Shown piece after piece: positions 11,224-24,515 of a DNA stretch of 64,000 bases. The DNA is from Eledone cirrhosa (Eukaryota). The stretch lies in NCBI GenBank assembly GCA_964016885.1, contig OZ024752.1, positions 20,460,001 to 20,524,000 of the forward strand, in the 5' to 3' direction. Under the pieces are notes generated by a model. The model was not told where the DNA came from, searched no databases, and saw nothing but the letters and a program-made list of their open reading frames with translations. A program made the position numbers and the translations under genes. How positions within the stretch are numbered: the first letter of the stretch is position 1; each line of letters starts with the position of its first letter.

Positions 11224-12280
11224 GAATTCTCTCACCTCTTTCTCTTCAAACCTGCCATATCCAACCAGAATTCTCTCATTTCTTTCTCTTCAAACCAGCC
11301 ATATCCAGCCAGAATTCTCTCACCTCTCTCTGTTGAAACCTGCCATATCTGGCCAGATTTCTCGCACCTCTTTCTCTTCAAACCAGTCATACCCAGCCAG
11401 AATTCTATCACCTCCTTCTCTTTAAACCTGCCATATCCAGCCAGAATTCTCTCAGCTTTTTCTCTTCAAACCGGCCATATCCAGCCAGAATTTTCTCATT
11501 TCTTTCTCCTCAAACCTGTCATATCTGGCCAGATTTCTCTCACCTCTTTCTCTTCAAACCAGTCATATCAAGCCAGAATTCTTTCACCCCTTTCTCTTCA
11601 AACCTGTCATATCTGGCCAGATTTTTCTCACCTCTTTCTCTTCAAACCGGCCATATCCAGGCAGAATTCTCACACCTCTTTCTTTTCAAACCTGCAATAT
11701 CTGGCCAAAATTCTCTCACCTCTTTCTCTTCAAACCTGCCATATCCAGCCAGAATTCTCTCACCTCTTTCTCTTCAAACCTGCCATATCCAACCAGAATT
11801 CTCTCATTTCTTTCTCTTCAAACCAGCCATATCCAGCCAGAATTCTCTCACCTCTCTCTGTTGAAACCTGCCATATCTGGCCAGATTTCTCGCACCTCTT
11901 TCTCTTCAAAGCGGTCATACCCAGCCAGAATTCTATCACCTCCTTCTCTTTAAACCTGCCATATCCAGCCAGAATTCTCTCAGCTTTTTCTCTTCAAAAC
12001 GGCCATATCCAGCCAGAATTTTCTCATTTCTTTCTCCTCAAACCTGTCATATCTGGCCAGATTTCTCTCACCTCTTTCTCTTCAAACCAGTCATATCAAG
12101 CCAGAATTCTTTCACCCCTTTCTCTTCAAACCTGTCATATCTGGCCAGATTTCTCTCACCTCTTTCTCTTCAAACCGGCCATATCCAGGCAGAATTCTCA
12201 CACCTCTTTCTTTTCAAACCTGCAATATCTGGCCAAAATTCTCTCACCTCTTTCTCTTCAAACCTGCCATATCCAGCCAG
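11224..12280. repeat. Higher-order duplication, 528-bp period (12 monomers, 2 copies)
   Basis: Marker CCAACCAGAATTCTCTCATTTC at 11261 and 11789. The translated frame repeats a 176-aa block. Confidence 0.85.
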
Positions 12281-15200
12281 AATTCTCTCACCTCTTTCTC
12301 TTCAAACCTGTCATATCTGACCAGAATTCTGTCACCTCTTTCTCTTCAAACCTGCCATATATGGCCAGAATTCTCTCACCTCTTTCTCTTCAAACCTGCC
12401 ATATCCAGCCAGAATTCTCTCACCTCTTTCTATTCAAACCTGTCATATCTGGGCAAAATTCTCTCACCTCTTTCTCTTCAAACCTGCCATATCCAGCCAG
12501 AATTCTCTCACCTCTTTCTATTCAAACCTGTCATATCTGGCCAGAATTCTCTCACCTCTTTCTCTTCAAATCATTCATATCTGGCCAGAATTCTCTCACC
12601 TCTTTCTCTTCAAACCTGCCATATCTGGCCAGAATTCTCTCACCTCTTTCTCTTCAAACCGGCCATATCCAGCCAAAATTCTCTCACCTCTTTCTCTTCA
12701 AACCTGCTATATCTGGCCAGAATTCTCGCACTTCTTTCTATTCAAACCGGCCATACCCAGCCAGAATTCTCTCACCTCTTTCTCTTCAAACCATTCATAT
12801 CCAGCCAGAATTTTCTCACCTCTTTCTGTTCAAATCTGCCATATCTGGCCAGAATTATCAAACGTCTTTCTCTTCAAATCTGTCACATCTGGCCAGAATT
12901 CTCTCACCTCTTTCTCTTCAAACCTGCCATATCTGGCCAGAATTCTCTCATATCTTTCTCTTCAATCCAGCCATATCCAGCCAGAATTCTCTCACCTCTC
13001 TCTGTTGAAACCGGCCATATCTGGCCAGATTTCTCTCACCACATTCTCTTCAAACCAGTCAAACCCAGCCAGAATTATCTCCACTCTTTCTCTTCAAACC
13101 GGCCATATCCAGCCAGAATTTTCTCATTTCTTTCTCTTCAAACCTGTCATATCTGGCCAGATTTCTCTCACCTCTTTCTCTTCAAACCAGGCATACCCAG
13201 CCAGAATTCTTTCACCCCTTTCTCTTCAAACCTGTCATATCTGGCCAGATTTCCCTCACCTCTTTCTCTTCAAACCAGTCATACCCAGCAAGAATTCTTT
13301 CACCCCTTTCTCTTCAAACCTGTAATATCCAGCCAGAATTCTCTCACCTCTATCTCTTCAAACCAGTCATATCCAGCCAGATTTCTCTCACCTCTTACTC
13401 TTCAAACCGGCCATATTCTGGTTAGAATTGTCTCACCTTTTCTCTTCAAACCAGTCATATCCAGCCAGATTTCTCTCACCTCTTTCTCTTCAAACCTGCC
13501 ATATCCAACCAGAATTCTCTCACATCATTCTCTTCAAACCAGCCATATCTGGCCAGAATTCTCTCACCTCTTTCTCTTCAAACCATTCATATCTGGCTAG
13601 AATTCTCTCACCTCTTTCTCTTCAAACCAGTCATATCCAGCCATAATTCTCTCACCTCTTTCTCTTCAAACCGGCCATATCCAGCCAAAATTCTCTCACC
13701 TCTTTCTCTTCAAACCTGCCATATCTGGCCAGAATTCTCTCACCTCTTTCTCATCAAACCATTCATATCCGGACAGAATTCTCTCACTTCTTTCTATTCA
13801 AACCGGCCATACCCAGACAGAATTCTCTCACCTCTTTCTCTTCAAACCTGCCATATCCGGACAGAATTCTCTCACTTCTTTCTATTCAAACCGGCCATAT
13901 CCAACCAGAATTCTCTCACCTCTTTCTCTTCAAACCTGTCATACCCAGCCAGAATTCTCTCACCTCTTTCTCTTCAAACCTGCCATATCCAGCCAGAATT
14001 CTATCACATCTTTCTATTCAAACCGGCCATATCCAACCAGAATTCTCTCACATCTTTCTCTTCAAACCAGCCCTATGTGGCCAGAATTCTCTCACCTCTT
14101 TCTCTTCAAACTTGCCATATCTGGCCAGAATTCTCCCACCTCTTTCTCTTCAAACTATTCATATCCGGACAGAATTCTCTCACTTCTTTCTATTCAAACC
14201 GGCCATACCCAGCCATAATTCTCTCACCTCTTTCTGTTCAAATCTGCCATATCTGGCAAGAATTCTCTCACCTCTTTCTCTTCAAACCGGCCATATACAG
14301 CCAGAATTCTCTCACGTCTTTCTCATCAAACCTGTCATATCCAGCTAGAATTCCGTCACTTCTTTCTCTTCAAACCTGCCATATCTGAGCAGAATTCTCT
14401 CACCTCTTTCTCTTCAAACCAGTAATATCCAGCCAGAATTCTCTCACCTCTTTCTCTTAAAACCTGCAATATCTGGCCAGAATTCCGTCACTTCTTTCTC
14501 TTCAAACCTGCCATATCTGGCCAGAATTCTCTCACCTCTTTCCCTTCAAACCTGCCATATCCAACCAGAATTCTCTCACATCTTTCTCGTCAAACCAGCC
14601 ATATCCAGCCAGAATTCTCTCACCTCTTTCTCTTCAAACCGGCCATATGTGGCCAGAATTCTTTCACCTCTTTCTCTTCAAACTTGATATATCCGGACAG
14701 ATTTCTCTCACATCTTTCTCTTCAAACCACTCTTATCCAGCCAGAATTCTCTCACCTCTTTCTCTTCAAACCACTCTTATCCAGCCAGAATTCTCTCACC
14801 TCTTTCTCTTTAAACCAGTCATACCCAGCCAGAATTCTTTCACCCCTTTCTCTTTAAACCTGTCTTATCTGGACAGAATTCGTTCACCTCTTTCTCTTCA
14901 AATCTGTCACATCTGGCCAGAATTCTCTCACCTCTTTCTCTTCAAAGCAGTCATATCCAGCCAGAATTCTCTCACCTCTTTCTCTTCAAACCTGCCATAT
15001 CTAGCCAGAATTCTCTCACATCTTTCTCTTCAAACCAGTCATATCCAGCCAGATTTCTCTCACCTCTTTCTCTTCAAACTTGCCATATCTGGCCAGAATT
15101 CTCCTACCTCTTTCTCTTCAAACCTGCCATATCCAGACAAAATTCTCTCACCTCTTTCTCTTCAAACCAGCCATATGTGGCCAGAATTCTTTCACCTCTT

Positions 15201-18200
15201 TCTCTTCAAACTTGCCATATCTGGCCCGAATTCTCTCACCTCTTTCTCTTCAAACCTGTCATATCCAGACAAAATTCTCTCACCGCTTTCTCTTCAAACC
15301 AGCCATATCTGGCCAGAATTCTCTCACCTCTTTCTCTTCAAACCTGCCATATCTGGCCAGAATTCACACACCTCTTTCTCTTCAAACCTGCCATATCTAG
15401 CCAGAATTCTCTCACATCTTTCTCTTCAAACCAGTCATATCCAGCCAGATTTCTCTCACCTCTCTCTGTTCAAACTTGCCATATCTGGCCAGAATTCTCT
15501 CACCTCTTTCTATTCAAACCTGCCATATCTGGCAAGAATTCTCTCACCTCTTTTTCTTCAAACCATTCATATCCAGCCAGAATTCTCTCACCTCTTTCTC
15601 TTCAAACCGGCCATATCCAGCCAGAATTCTTTCACTTCTTTCTCTTCAAACCTGCCATATCTGGCCAGAATTCTCTCACACCCTTCTCTTCAAACCAACC
15701 ATATTCGGTCAGAATTCTCCCACCTCTTTCTGTTCAAACCTCCCATATATGTGCCACAATTCTCTCACCACTTTCTCTTCAAACCAGTCTCATCCAGCCA
15801 GAATTCTCTCTCTTCTTTCTCTTTAAACCGGCCATATCTGGCCAGAATTCTCTCAGATCTTTCTCTTCAAACCTGTCATACCCAGCCAGAATTCTCTCAC
15901 CTCTTTCTCTTCAAACCTGCCATATCCAGCCAGAATTCTATCACATCTTTCTCTTCAAACCTGCCATATCTGGCCAGAATTCTCCCACCTCTTTCTCTTC
16001 AAACCATTCATATCCGGACAGAATTCTCTCACTTCTTTCTATTCAAACCGGCCATACCCAGCCAGAATTCTCTCACCTCTTTCTCTTCAAACCATTCATA
16101 TCCAGCCAGAATTCTCTCACCTCTTTCTCTTCAAACCGGCCATATCCAGCCAGAATTCTCTCTCCTCTTTCTCTTCAAAACAATCATATCCAGCCAGAAT
16201 TCTCTCACTTCTTTCTCTTCAAACCTACCATATGTGGCCAGAATTCTCTCACCTCTCACTGATCAAACTTGCCATATCTGGTCAGAATTTTCTCACCTCT
16301 TTCTCTTCAAACCTGCCATATCTGGCCAGAATTCTCTCACCTCTTTCTCTTCAAACCATTCATATCCAGCCAGAATTCTCTCACCTCTTTCTCCTCAAAC
16401 CTGCCATATCCAGCCAGATTTCTCTCACCTCTTTCTCTTCAAACCTGCCATATATGGCCAGAATCCTCTCACTTCTTTCTCTTCAAGCCTGCCATATCCA
16501 GCCAGATTTCTCTCACTTTATTCTCTTCAAACCTGTCATATCAGGCCAGAATTCACTCACCTCCTTTCTTTAAAAACCAGCCATATCCGCCCAGCTTTCT
16601 CTCACCTCTTTCTCTTCAAACCTGCCATATCCGGCCAGAATTCTCTCACCTCCTTCTCTTCAAACCAACCATATCTGGTCAGAATTTTTTCACCTCTTTC
16701 TCTTCAAACCTACCATATCTGGCCAGAATTCTCTCACCTCTTTCTCTTCAAACCTGCCATATCCAGCCAGAATTCTCTCACCTCTTTCTCTTCAAACCTG
16801 CCATATCCAGCCAAAATTCTCTCACATCTTTCTCTTCAAACCAGTCATATCCAGCCAAATTTCTCTCACCTCCTTCTCTTCAAACCTGTCATATCCAGCC
16901 AGATTTCTCTCACCTCCTTCTCTTCAAAACAATCATATCCAGCCAGAATTCTCTCACTCCTTTCTCTTCAAACCTACCATATGTGGCCAGAATTCTCTCA
17001 CCTCTCTCTGTTCAAACTTGCCATATCTGGCCAGAAGTCTCTCACCTCTTTCTCTTCAAACCGGCCATATACAGCCAGAATTCTCTCACCTCTTTCTCTT
17101 CAAACCTGTCATATCCAGCCAGATTTATTTCACTTCTTTCTCTTCAAATCATTCATATCCAGCCAGAATTCTCTCACTTCATTCTCTTCAAACCTGTCAT
17201 ATCTGATCAGATTTCTCTCACCTCTTTCTGTTCAAACCTGCCATATCTGGCCAGAATTCTCTCACCTCTTTGTATTCAAACCATTCATATCCAACCAGAA
17301 TTCTCTCTCTTCTTTCTCTTTAAACCGGCCATATCTGGCCAGAATTCTCTCAGATCTTTCTCTTCAAACCTGTCATACCCAGCCAGAATTCTGTCACCTC
17401 TTTCTCTTCAAATCTGTCACATCCGGACAGAATTCTCTCACTTCTTTCTATTCAAACCGGCCATACCCAGTCAGAATTCTCTCACCTCTTTCTCTTCAAA
17501 CCAGTCATATCCAGCCATAATTCTCTCACCTCTTTCTCTTCAAACCTGCCATATCTGGCCAGAATTCTCTCACCTCTTTCTCTTCAAACCATTCATATCC
17601 AGCCAGAATTCTCTCACCTCTTTCTCTTCAAACCATTCATATCCAGCCAGAATTCTCTCACCTCTTTCTCTTCAAACCATTCATATCCAGCCAGAATTCT
17701 CTCACCTCTTTCTCTTCAAACCTGTCATGTCCAGCCATAATTCCCAGACTTCTTTCTCTTCAAACCTGCCATATCTGGCCAGAATTCTCTCACCTCTTTC
17801 TCTTCAAACCTGCCATATCTGGCCAGAATCCTCTCACTTCTTTCTCTTCAAGCCTGCCATATCCAGCCAGATTTCTCGCACTTCATTCTCTTCAAACCTG
17901 TCATATCAGGCCAGAATTTACTCACCTCCTTCTTTACAAACCAGCCTTATCCGCCCAGCTTTCTCTCACCTCTTTCTCTTCAAACCGGCCATATCCGGCC
18001 AGAATTCTCTCACCTCCTTCTCTTCAAACCATTCATATCGAGCCAGAATTCTCTCACCTCTTTCTCTTGAAACCAGTCATATGCAGCCAGAATTCTCTCA
18101 CCTCTTTCTCTTCATACCTGCCATATCCAGCCAGAATTCTCTCTCCTCTTTCTCTTCAAAACAATCATATCCAGCCAGAATTCTCTCACTTCTTTCTCTT

Positions 18201-19429
18201 CACCTACCATAAGTGGCCAGAATTCTCTCACCTCTCTCTGTTCAAACTTGCCATATCTGGCCAGAAGTCTCTCACCTCTTTCTCTTCAAACCGGCCTTAT
18301 CCAGCCAGAATTCTCTCACCTCTTTCTCTTTAAAGCGGCCATATACAGCCAGAATTCTCTCACCTCTTTCTCTTCAAACCTGTCATATCCAGCCAGATTT
18401 ATTTCACTTCTTTCTCTTCAAATCATTCATATCCAGCCAGAATTCTCTCACTTCATTCTCTTCAAACCTGTCATATCTGATAAGATTTCTCTCACCTCTT
18501 TCTCTTCAAACCAATCATATCCAGCCAGATTTATTTCACTTCTTTCTCTTCAAACCAACCATATCTGGTCAGAATTTTCTCACCTCTTTCTCTTCAAACC
18601 TGCCATATCTGGCCCGAATTCTCTCACCTCTTTGTCTTCAAACCATTCATATCCAGCCAGAATTCTCTCTCTTCTTTCACTTTAAACCGGCCATATCTGG
18701 CCAGAATTCTCTCAGATCTTTCTCTTCAAACCTGTCATACCCAGCCAGAATTCAGTCACCTCTTTCTCTTCAAATCTGTCACATCCGGACAGAATTCTCT
18801 CACTTCTTTCTATTCAAACCGGCCATACCCAGCCAGAATTCTCTCACATCTTTCTCTTCAAACCAGTCATATCCAGCCAGATTTCTCTCACCTCTTTCTC
18901 TTCAAACCGACCATATCTGGCCAGAATTGTCTCACCTCTTCTATTCAAACCGGCCATATCCAGCCAGAATTCTCTCAACTCTTTCTCTTCAAACCTGCCA
19001 TATCCAACCAGAATTCTCTCACATCTTTCTCGTCAAACCAGCCATATGTGGCCAGAATTCTTTCACATCTTTCTCTTCCAACTTGCTATATCTGGCCAGA
19101 ATTCTCCTACCTCTTTCTCTTCAAACCTGCCATATCCAGACAAAATTCTCTCACCTCTTTCTCTTTAAACCAGCCATACGTGGCCAGAATTCTTTCACCT
19201 ATTTCTCTTCAAACTTGCCATATCTGGCCAGAATTCTCCTACCTCTTTCTCTTCAAACCTGCCATATCCAGCCAGAATTCTTTCACCTCTTTCTCTTCAA
19301 ACCTCCCATATATGTGCCAGAATTCTCTCACCTCTTTCTCTTCAAACCAGTCTTATCCAGCCAGAATTCTCTCACCTCTTTCTCTTTAAACCAGTCATAC
19401 CCAGCCAGAATTCTTTCACCCCTTTCTCT

Positions 19430-22413
19430 TTAAACCTGTCATATCTGGACAGAATTCTCTAACTTATTTCTCTTCAACCAGTCATATCTGGCCAGAATTC
19501 TCTCAACTCTTTCTGTTCAAACCAGTCATACCCAGCCAGAATTCTTTAACCCCTTTCTCTTTAGACCTGTCTTATCTGCCCAGAATTCTCTCACCTCTTT
19601 CTCTTCAAACCATTCATATCCAGCCAGAATTCTCTCACCTCTTTCTCTTCAAACCGGCCATATACAACCAGAATTCTCTCACCTCTTTCTCTTCAAACTT
19701 GACATATCCGAACAGAATTCTCTCACATCTTTCTCTTCAAACCTCACATATATGTGCCAGAATTCTCTCACCTCTTTCTCTTCAAACCAGTGTTATCCAG
19801 CCAGAATTCTCTCACCTCTTTCTCTTTAAACCAGTCATACCCAGCCAGAATTCTTTCACTCCTTTCTCTTTAAACCTGTCATATCTGGCCAGAATTCTAT
19901 CAATTCTTTCTCTTCAAATTTGTCACATCTGCCCAGAATTCTCTCACCTCTTTCTCTTCAAAGCAGTCATATCCAGCCAGAATTCTCTCACCTCTTTCTC
20001 CACAAACCTGCCATATCCAGGCAGTATTGTCTCACCTCTTTCTCATAAACCTGCCATATCCAGCCAGAATTCTCCCACCTCTTTCTCTTCAAACCTGCCA
20101 TATCCAACCAGAATTCTCTCATCTTTCTCTTCAAACCAGCCATATCTGGCACGAATTCTCTCACCTCTTTCTCTTTAAACGTGCCATTTCTGGCCAGAAT
20201 TCTCTCACCTCTTTCTCTTCAAAGCGGCCATATCTGGCCAGAATTCTCTCACCTCTTTCTGTTCAAACCAGCCATATCCAGGCAGAATTCTCTCACTTCT
20301 TTCTGTTCAAACCTGCCATATCTGGCCAGAATTCTCTCACCTCTTTCTCTTCAGACCTACCATATCTGGCCAGAATTCTTTCACCTTTTTCTCTTCAAAC
20401 CTGCCATATCTGAGCAGAATTCTCTCACCTCTTTCTCTTCAAACCAGTCATATCCAGCCAGATGTCTCTCACTCTTTCTCTTCAAACCTGCCTTATCTGC
20501 CCAGAATTCTCTCACCTCTTTCCCTTCTAAGCGGCCATATCTGGGCAGAATTCTCTCACCTCTTTCTGTTCAAACCTGCCATATCTGACCAGAATTCTCC
20601 TACCTCTTTCTCTTCAAACCTGCCATATCCAGACAAAATTCTCTCACCACTTTCTGTTCAAACCTACCATATCTGGCCAGAATTCTCTCACTTCTTTCTC
20701 TTCAAACCATTCATATCCAGCCAGAATTCTCCTACCTCTTTCTCTTCAAACCTGCCATATCCAGACAAAATTCTCTCACCTCTTTCTCTTCAAACCAATC
20801 ATATCCAGCCAGATTTATTTCACTTCTTTCTCTTCAAACCAACCATATCTGGTCAGAATACCCTCACCTCTCTCTGTTCAAACTTGCCATATCTGGCCAG
20901 AATTCTCTCACCTCTTTCTCTTTAAACCTGTCATATCTGGACAGAATTCTCTAACTTATTTCTCTTCAACCAGTCATATCTGGCCAGAATTCTCTCAACT
21001 CTTTCTCTTCAAACCAGTCATACCCAGCCAGAATTCTTTCACCCCTTTCTCTTTAGACCTGTCTTATCTGCCCAGAATTCTCTCACCTCTTTCTCTTCAA
21101 ACCATTCATATCCAGCCAGAATTCTCTCACCTCTTTCTCTTCAAACCGGCCATATACAACCAGAATTCTCTCACCTCTTTCTCTTCAAACTTGACATATC
21201 CGAACAGAATTCTCTCACATCTTTCTCTTCAAACCTCACATATATGTGCCAGAATTCTCTCACCTCTTTCTCTTCAAACCAGTGTTATCCAGCCAGAATT
21301 CTCTCACCTCTTTCTCTTTAAACCAGTCATACCCAGCCAGAATTCTTTCACTCCTTTCTCTTTAAACCTGTCATATCTGGCCAGAATTCTATCAATTCTT
21401 TCTCTTCAAATTTGTCACATCTGCCCAGAATTCTCTCACCTCTTTCTCTTCAAAGCAGTCATATCCAGCCAGAATTCTCTCACCTCTTTCTCCACAAACC
21501 TGCCATATCCAGGCAGTATTGTCTCACCTCTTTCTCATAAACCTGCCATATCCAGCCAGAATTCTCCCACCTCTTTCTCTTCAAACCTGCCATATCCAAC
21601 CAGAATTCTCTCATCTTTCTCTTCAAACCAGCCATATCTGGCACGAATTCTCTCACCTCTTTCTCTTTAAACGTGCCATTTCTGGCCAGAATTCTCTCAC
21701 CTCTTTCTCTTCAAAGCGGCCATATCTGGCCAGAATTCTCTCACCTCTTTCTGTTCAAACCAGCCATATCCAGGCAGAATTCTCTCACTTCTTTCTGTTC
21801 AAACCTGCCATATCTGGCCAGAATTCTCTCACCTCTTTCTCTTCAGACCTACCATATCTGGCCAGAATTCTTTCACCTTTTTCTCTTCAAACCTGCCATA
21901 TCTGAGCAGAATTCTCTCACCTCTTTCTCTTCAAACCAGTCATATCCAGCCAGATGTCTCTCACTCTTTCTCTTCAAACCTGCCTTATCTGCCCAGAATT
22001 CTGTCACCTCTTTCCCTTCTAAGCGGCCATATCTGGGCAGAATTCTCTCACCTCTTTCTGTTCAAACCTGCCATATCTGACCAGAATTCTCCTACCTCTT
22101 TCTCTTCAAACCTGCCATATCCAGACAAAATTCTCTCACCACTTTCTGTTCAAACCTACCATATCTGGCCAGAATTCTTTCACTTCTTTCTCTTCAAACC
22201 ATTCATATCCAGCCAGAATTCTCCTACCTCTTTCTCTTCAAACCTGCCATATCCAGACAAAATTCTCTCACCTCTTTCTCTTCAAACCAATCATATCCAG
22301 CCAGATTTATTTCACTTCTTTCTCTTCAAACCAACCATATCTGGTCAGAATACCCTCACCTCTCTCTGTTCAAACTTGCCATATCTGGCCAGAATTCTCT
22401 CACCTCTTTCTCT
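19430..22413. repeat. Higher-order duplication, 1492-bp period (~34 monomers, 2 near-identical copies)
   Basis: Identical or near-identical ORFs at 19699/21191, 20027/21519 and 20181/21673, all offset by 1492. Confidence 0.9.
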
Positions 22414-24515
22414 TCAAACCGGCCATATCCAGCCAGAATTCTCTCACTTCATTCTCTTCAAACCTGTCATATCTGGTCAGAATACCCTCACCTCTTTCTC
22501 TTCAAACTTGACATATCCGGACAGAATTCTCTCACCTCTTTCTCTTCAAACCTCCCATATATGTGCCACAATTCTCTCACCTCTTTCTCTTCAAACCAGT
22601 CATATCCAGCCAGAATTCTCTCAACTCTTTCTCTTCAAACCGACCATATCTGGCCAGAATTGTCTCACCTCTTCTATTCAAACCGGCCATATCCAGCCAG
22701 AATTCTCTCAACTCTTTCTCTTCAAACCTGCCATATCCAACCAGAATTCTCTCACATCTTTCTCGTCAAACCAGCCATATGTGGCCAGAATTCTTTCACC
22801 TCTTTCTCTTCCAACTTGCCATATCTGGCCAGAATTCTCCTACCTCTTTCTCTTCAAACCTGCCATATCCAGACAAAATTCTACCACATCTTTCTCTTCA
22901 AACCAGTCATATCTGGCCAGAATTCTCACACCTCTTTCTCTTCAAACCAGCCACATCTGGCCAGAATTCTCTCACCTCTTTCTCTTCAAACCAGCCATAT
23001 CTGGCCAGAATTCTCTCACCTCTTTCTCTTCAAACCAGCCATATCTGGCCAGAATTCTCTCACCTCTTTCTCTTCAAACCTGCCATATCCAGCCAGAATT
23101 CTCTCACCTCTTTCTCTTCAAACCATTCATATCCAGGCAGAATTCTCTCACCTCTTTCTCTTCAAACCATTCATATCCAGCCAGAATTTTCTCACCTCTT
23201 TCTCTTCAAACCAGTCATATCCAGCCAGATTTCTCTCACATCTTTCTCATCAAACCTGTCATATCCAGCCAGAATTCCCTCACTTCTTTCTCTTCAAACC
23301 TGCCATATCTAGCCAGAATTCTCTCACCTCTTTCTCATCTAACCAGCCATATATGGCCAGAATTCTCTCACCTCTTTCTGTTCAAACAAACCATAACTGG
23401 TCAGAATTTTCTCACCTCTTTCTCTTCAAACCTGCCATATCTTGCCAGAATTCTCTCACCTCTTTCTCTTCGAACCTGTCATATCTGATCAGATTTCTCT
23501 CACCTCTTTCTCTTCAAACCAATCATATCCAGCCAGATTTATTTCACTTCTTTCTCTTCAAACCATTCATATCCAACCAGAATTCTCTCACTTCTTTCTC
23601 TTCAAACCTGTCATATCTGATCAGATTTCTCTCACCTCTTTCTCTTCAAACCAATCATATCCAGCCAGATTTATTTTACTTCTTTCTCTTCAAACCTGTC
23701 ATATTTGGCCAGAATTCTCTGACCTCCTTCTCTTCAAACCAACCATATCTGGTTAGAATTCTCTCATCTCTTTCTCTTTAAACCGGCCATATCTGGCCAG
23801 AATTCTCTCACCTCTTTCTCTTCAAACCAGTCATACCCATCCAGAATTCTTTCACCCCTTTCGTTTCAAACCTGTCATATCTGGCCAGAATTCTCTCACC
23901 TCTTTCTCTTCAAATCTGTCACATCTGGCCAGAATTCTCTCACCTCTTGCTCTTCAAAGCAGTCATATCCAGCCAGAATTCAATCACCTCTTTCTCTTCA
24001 AACCTGCCATATCCAGGCAGAATTCTCTCACATCTTTCTCTTCAAACCATTCATATCCAGCCAGATTTCTCTCACCTCTTTCTCTTCAAACCGGCCATAT
24101 CTGGCCAGAATTCTCTCCCCTCTTCTCTTCAAACCTGCCATATTCAACCAGAATTCTCTCACATCTTTCTCTTCAAACCTACCATATGTGGCCAGAATTC
24201 TCTCACCTCTCTCTGTTCAAACCTGCCATATCCGGCCAGAATTCTCTCACCTCCTTCTCTTCAAACTTGTCATATCTGGCCAGAATTCTCCCACCTCTTT
24301 CTCTTCAAACCTGCCATATCCAGCCAGATTTCTCTCACCTCTTTCTCTTCAAACTTGTCATATCTGGCCAGAATTCTCTCACCTCTTTCTCTTCTAACCT
24401 GCCATATCCAGCCAGATTTCTCTCACCTCTTTCTCTTCAAACCAGTCATATCCAGCCAGATTTCACTCACATCTTTCTCATCAAACCTGTCATATTCAGC
24501 CAGAATTCCCTCACT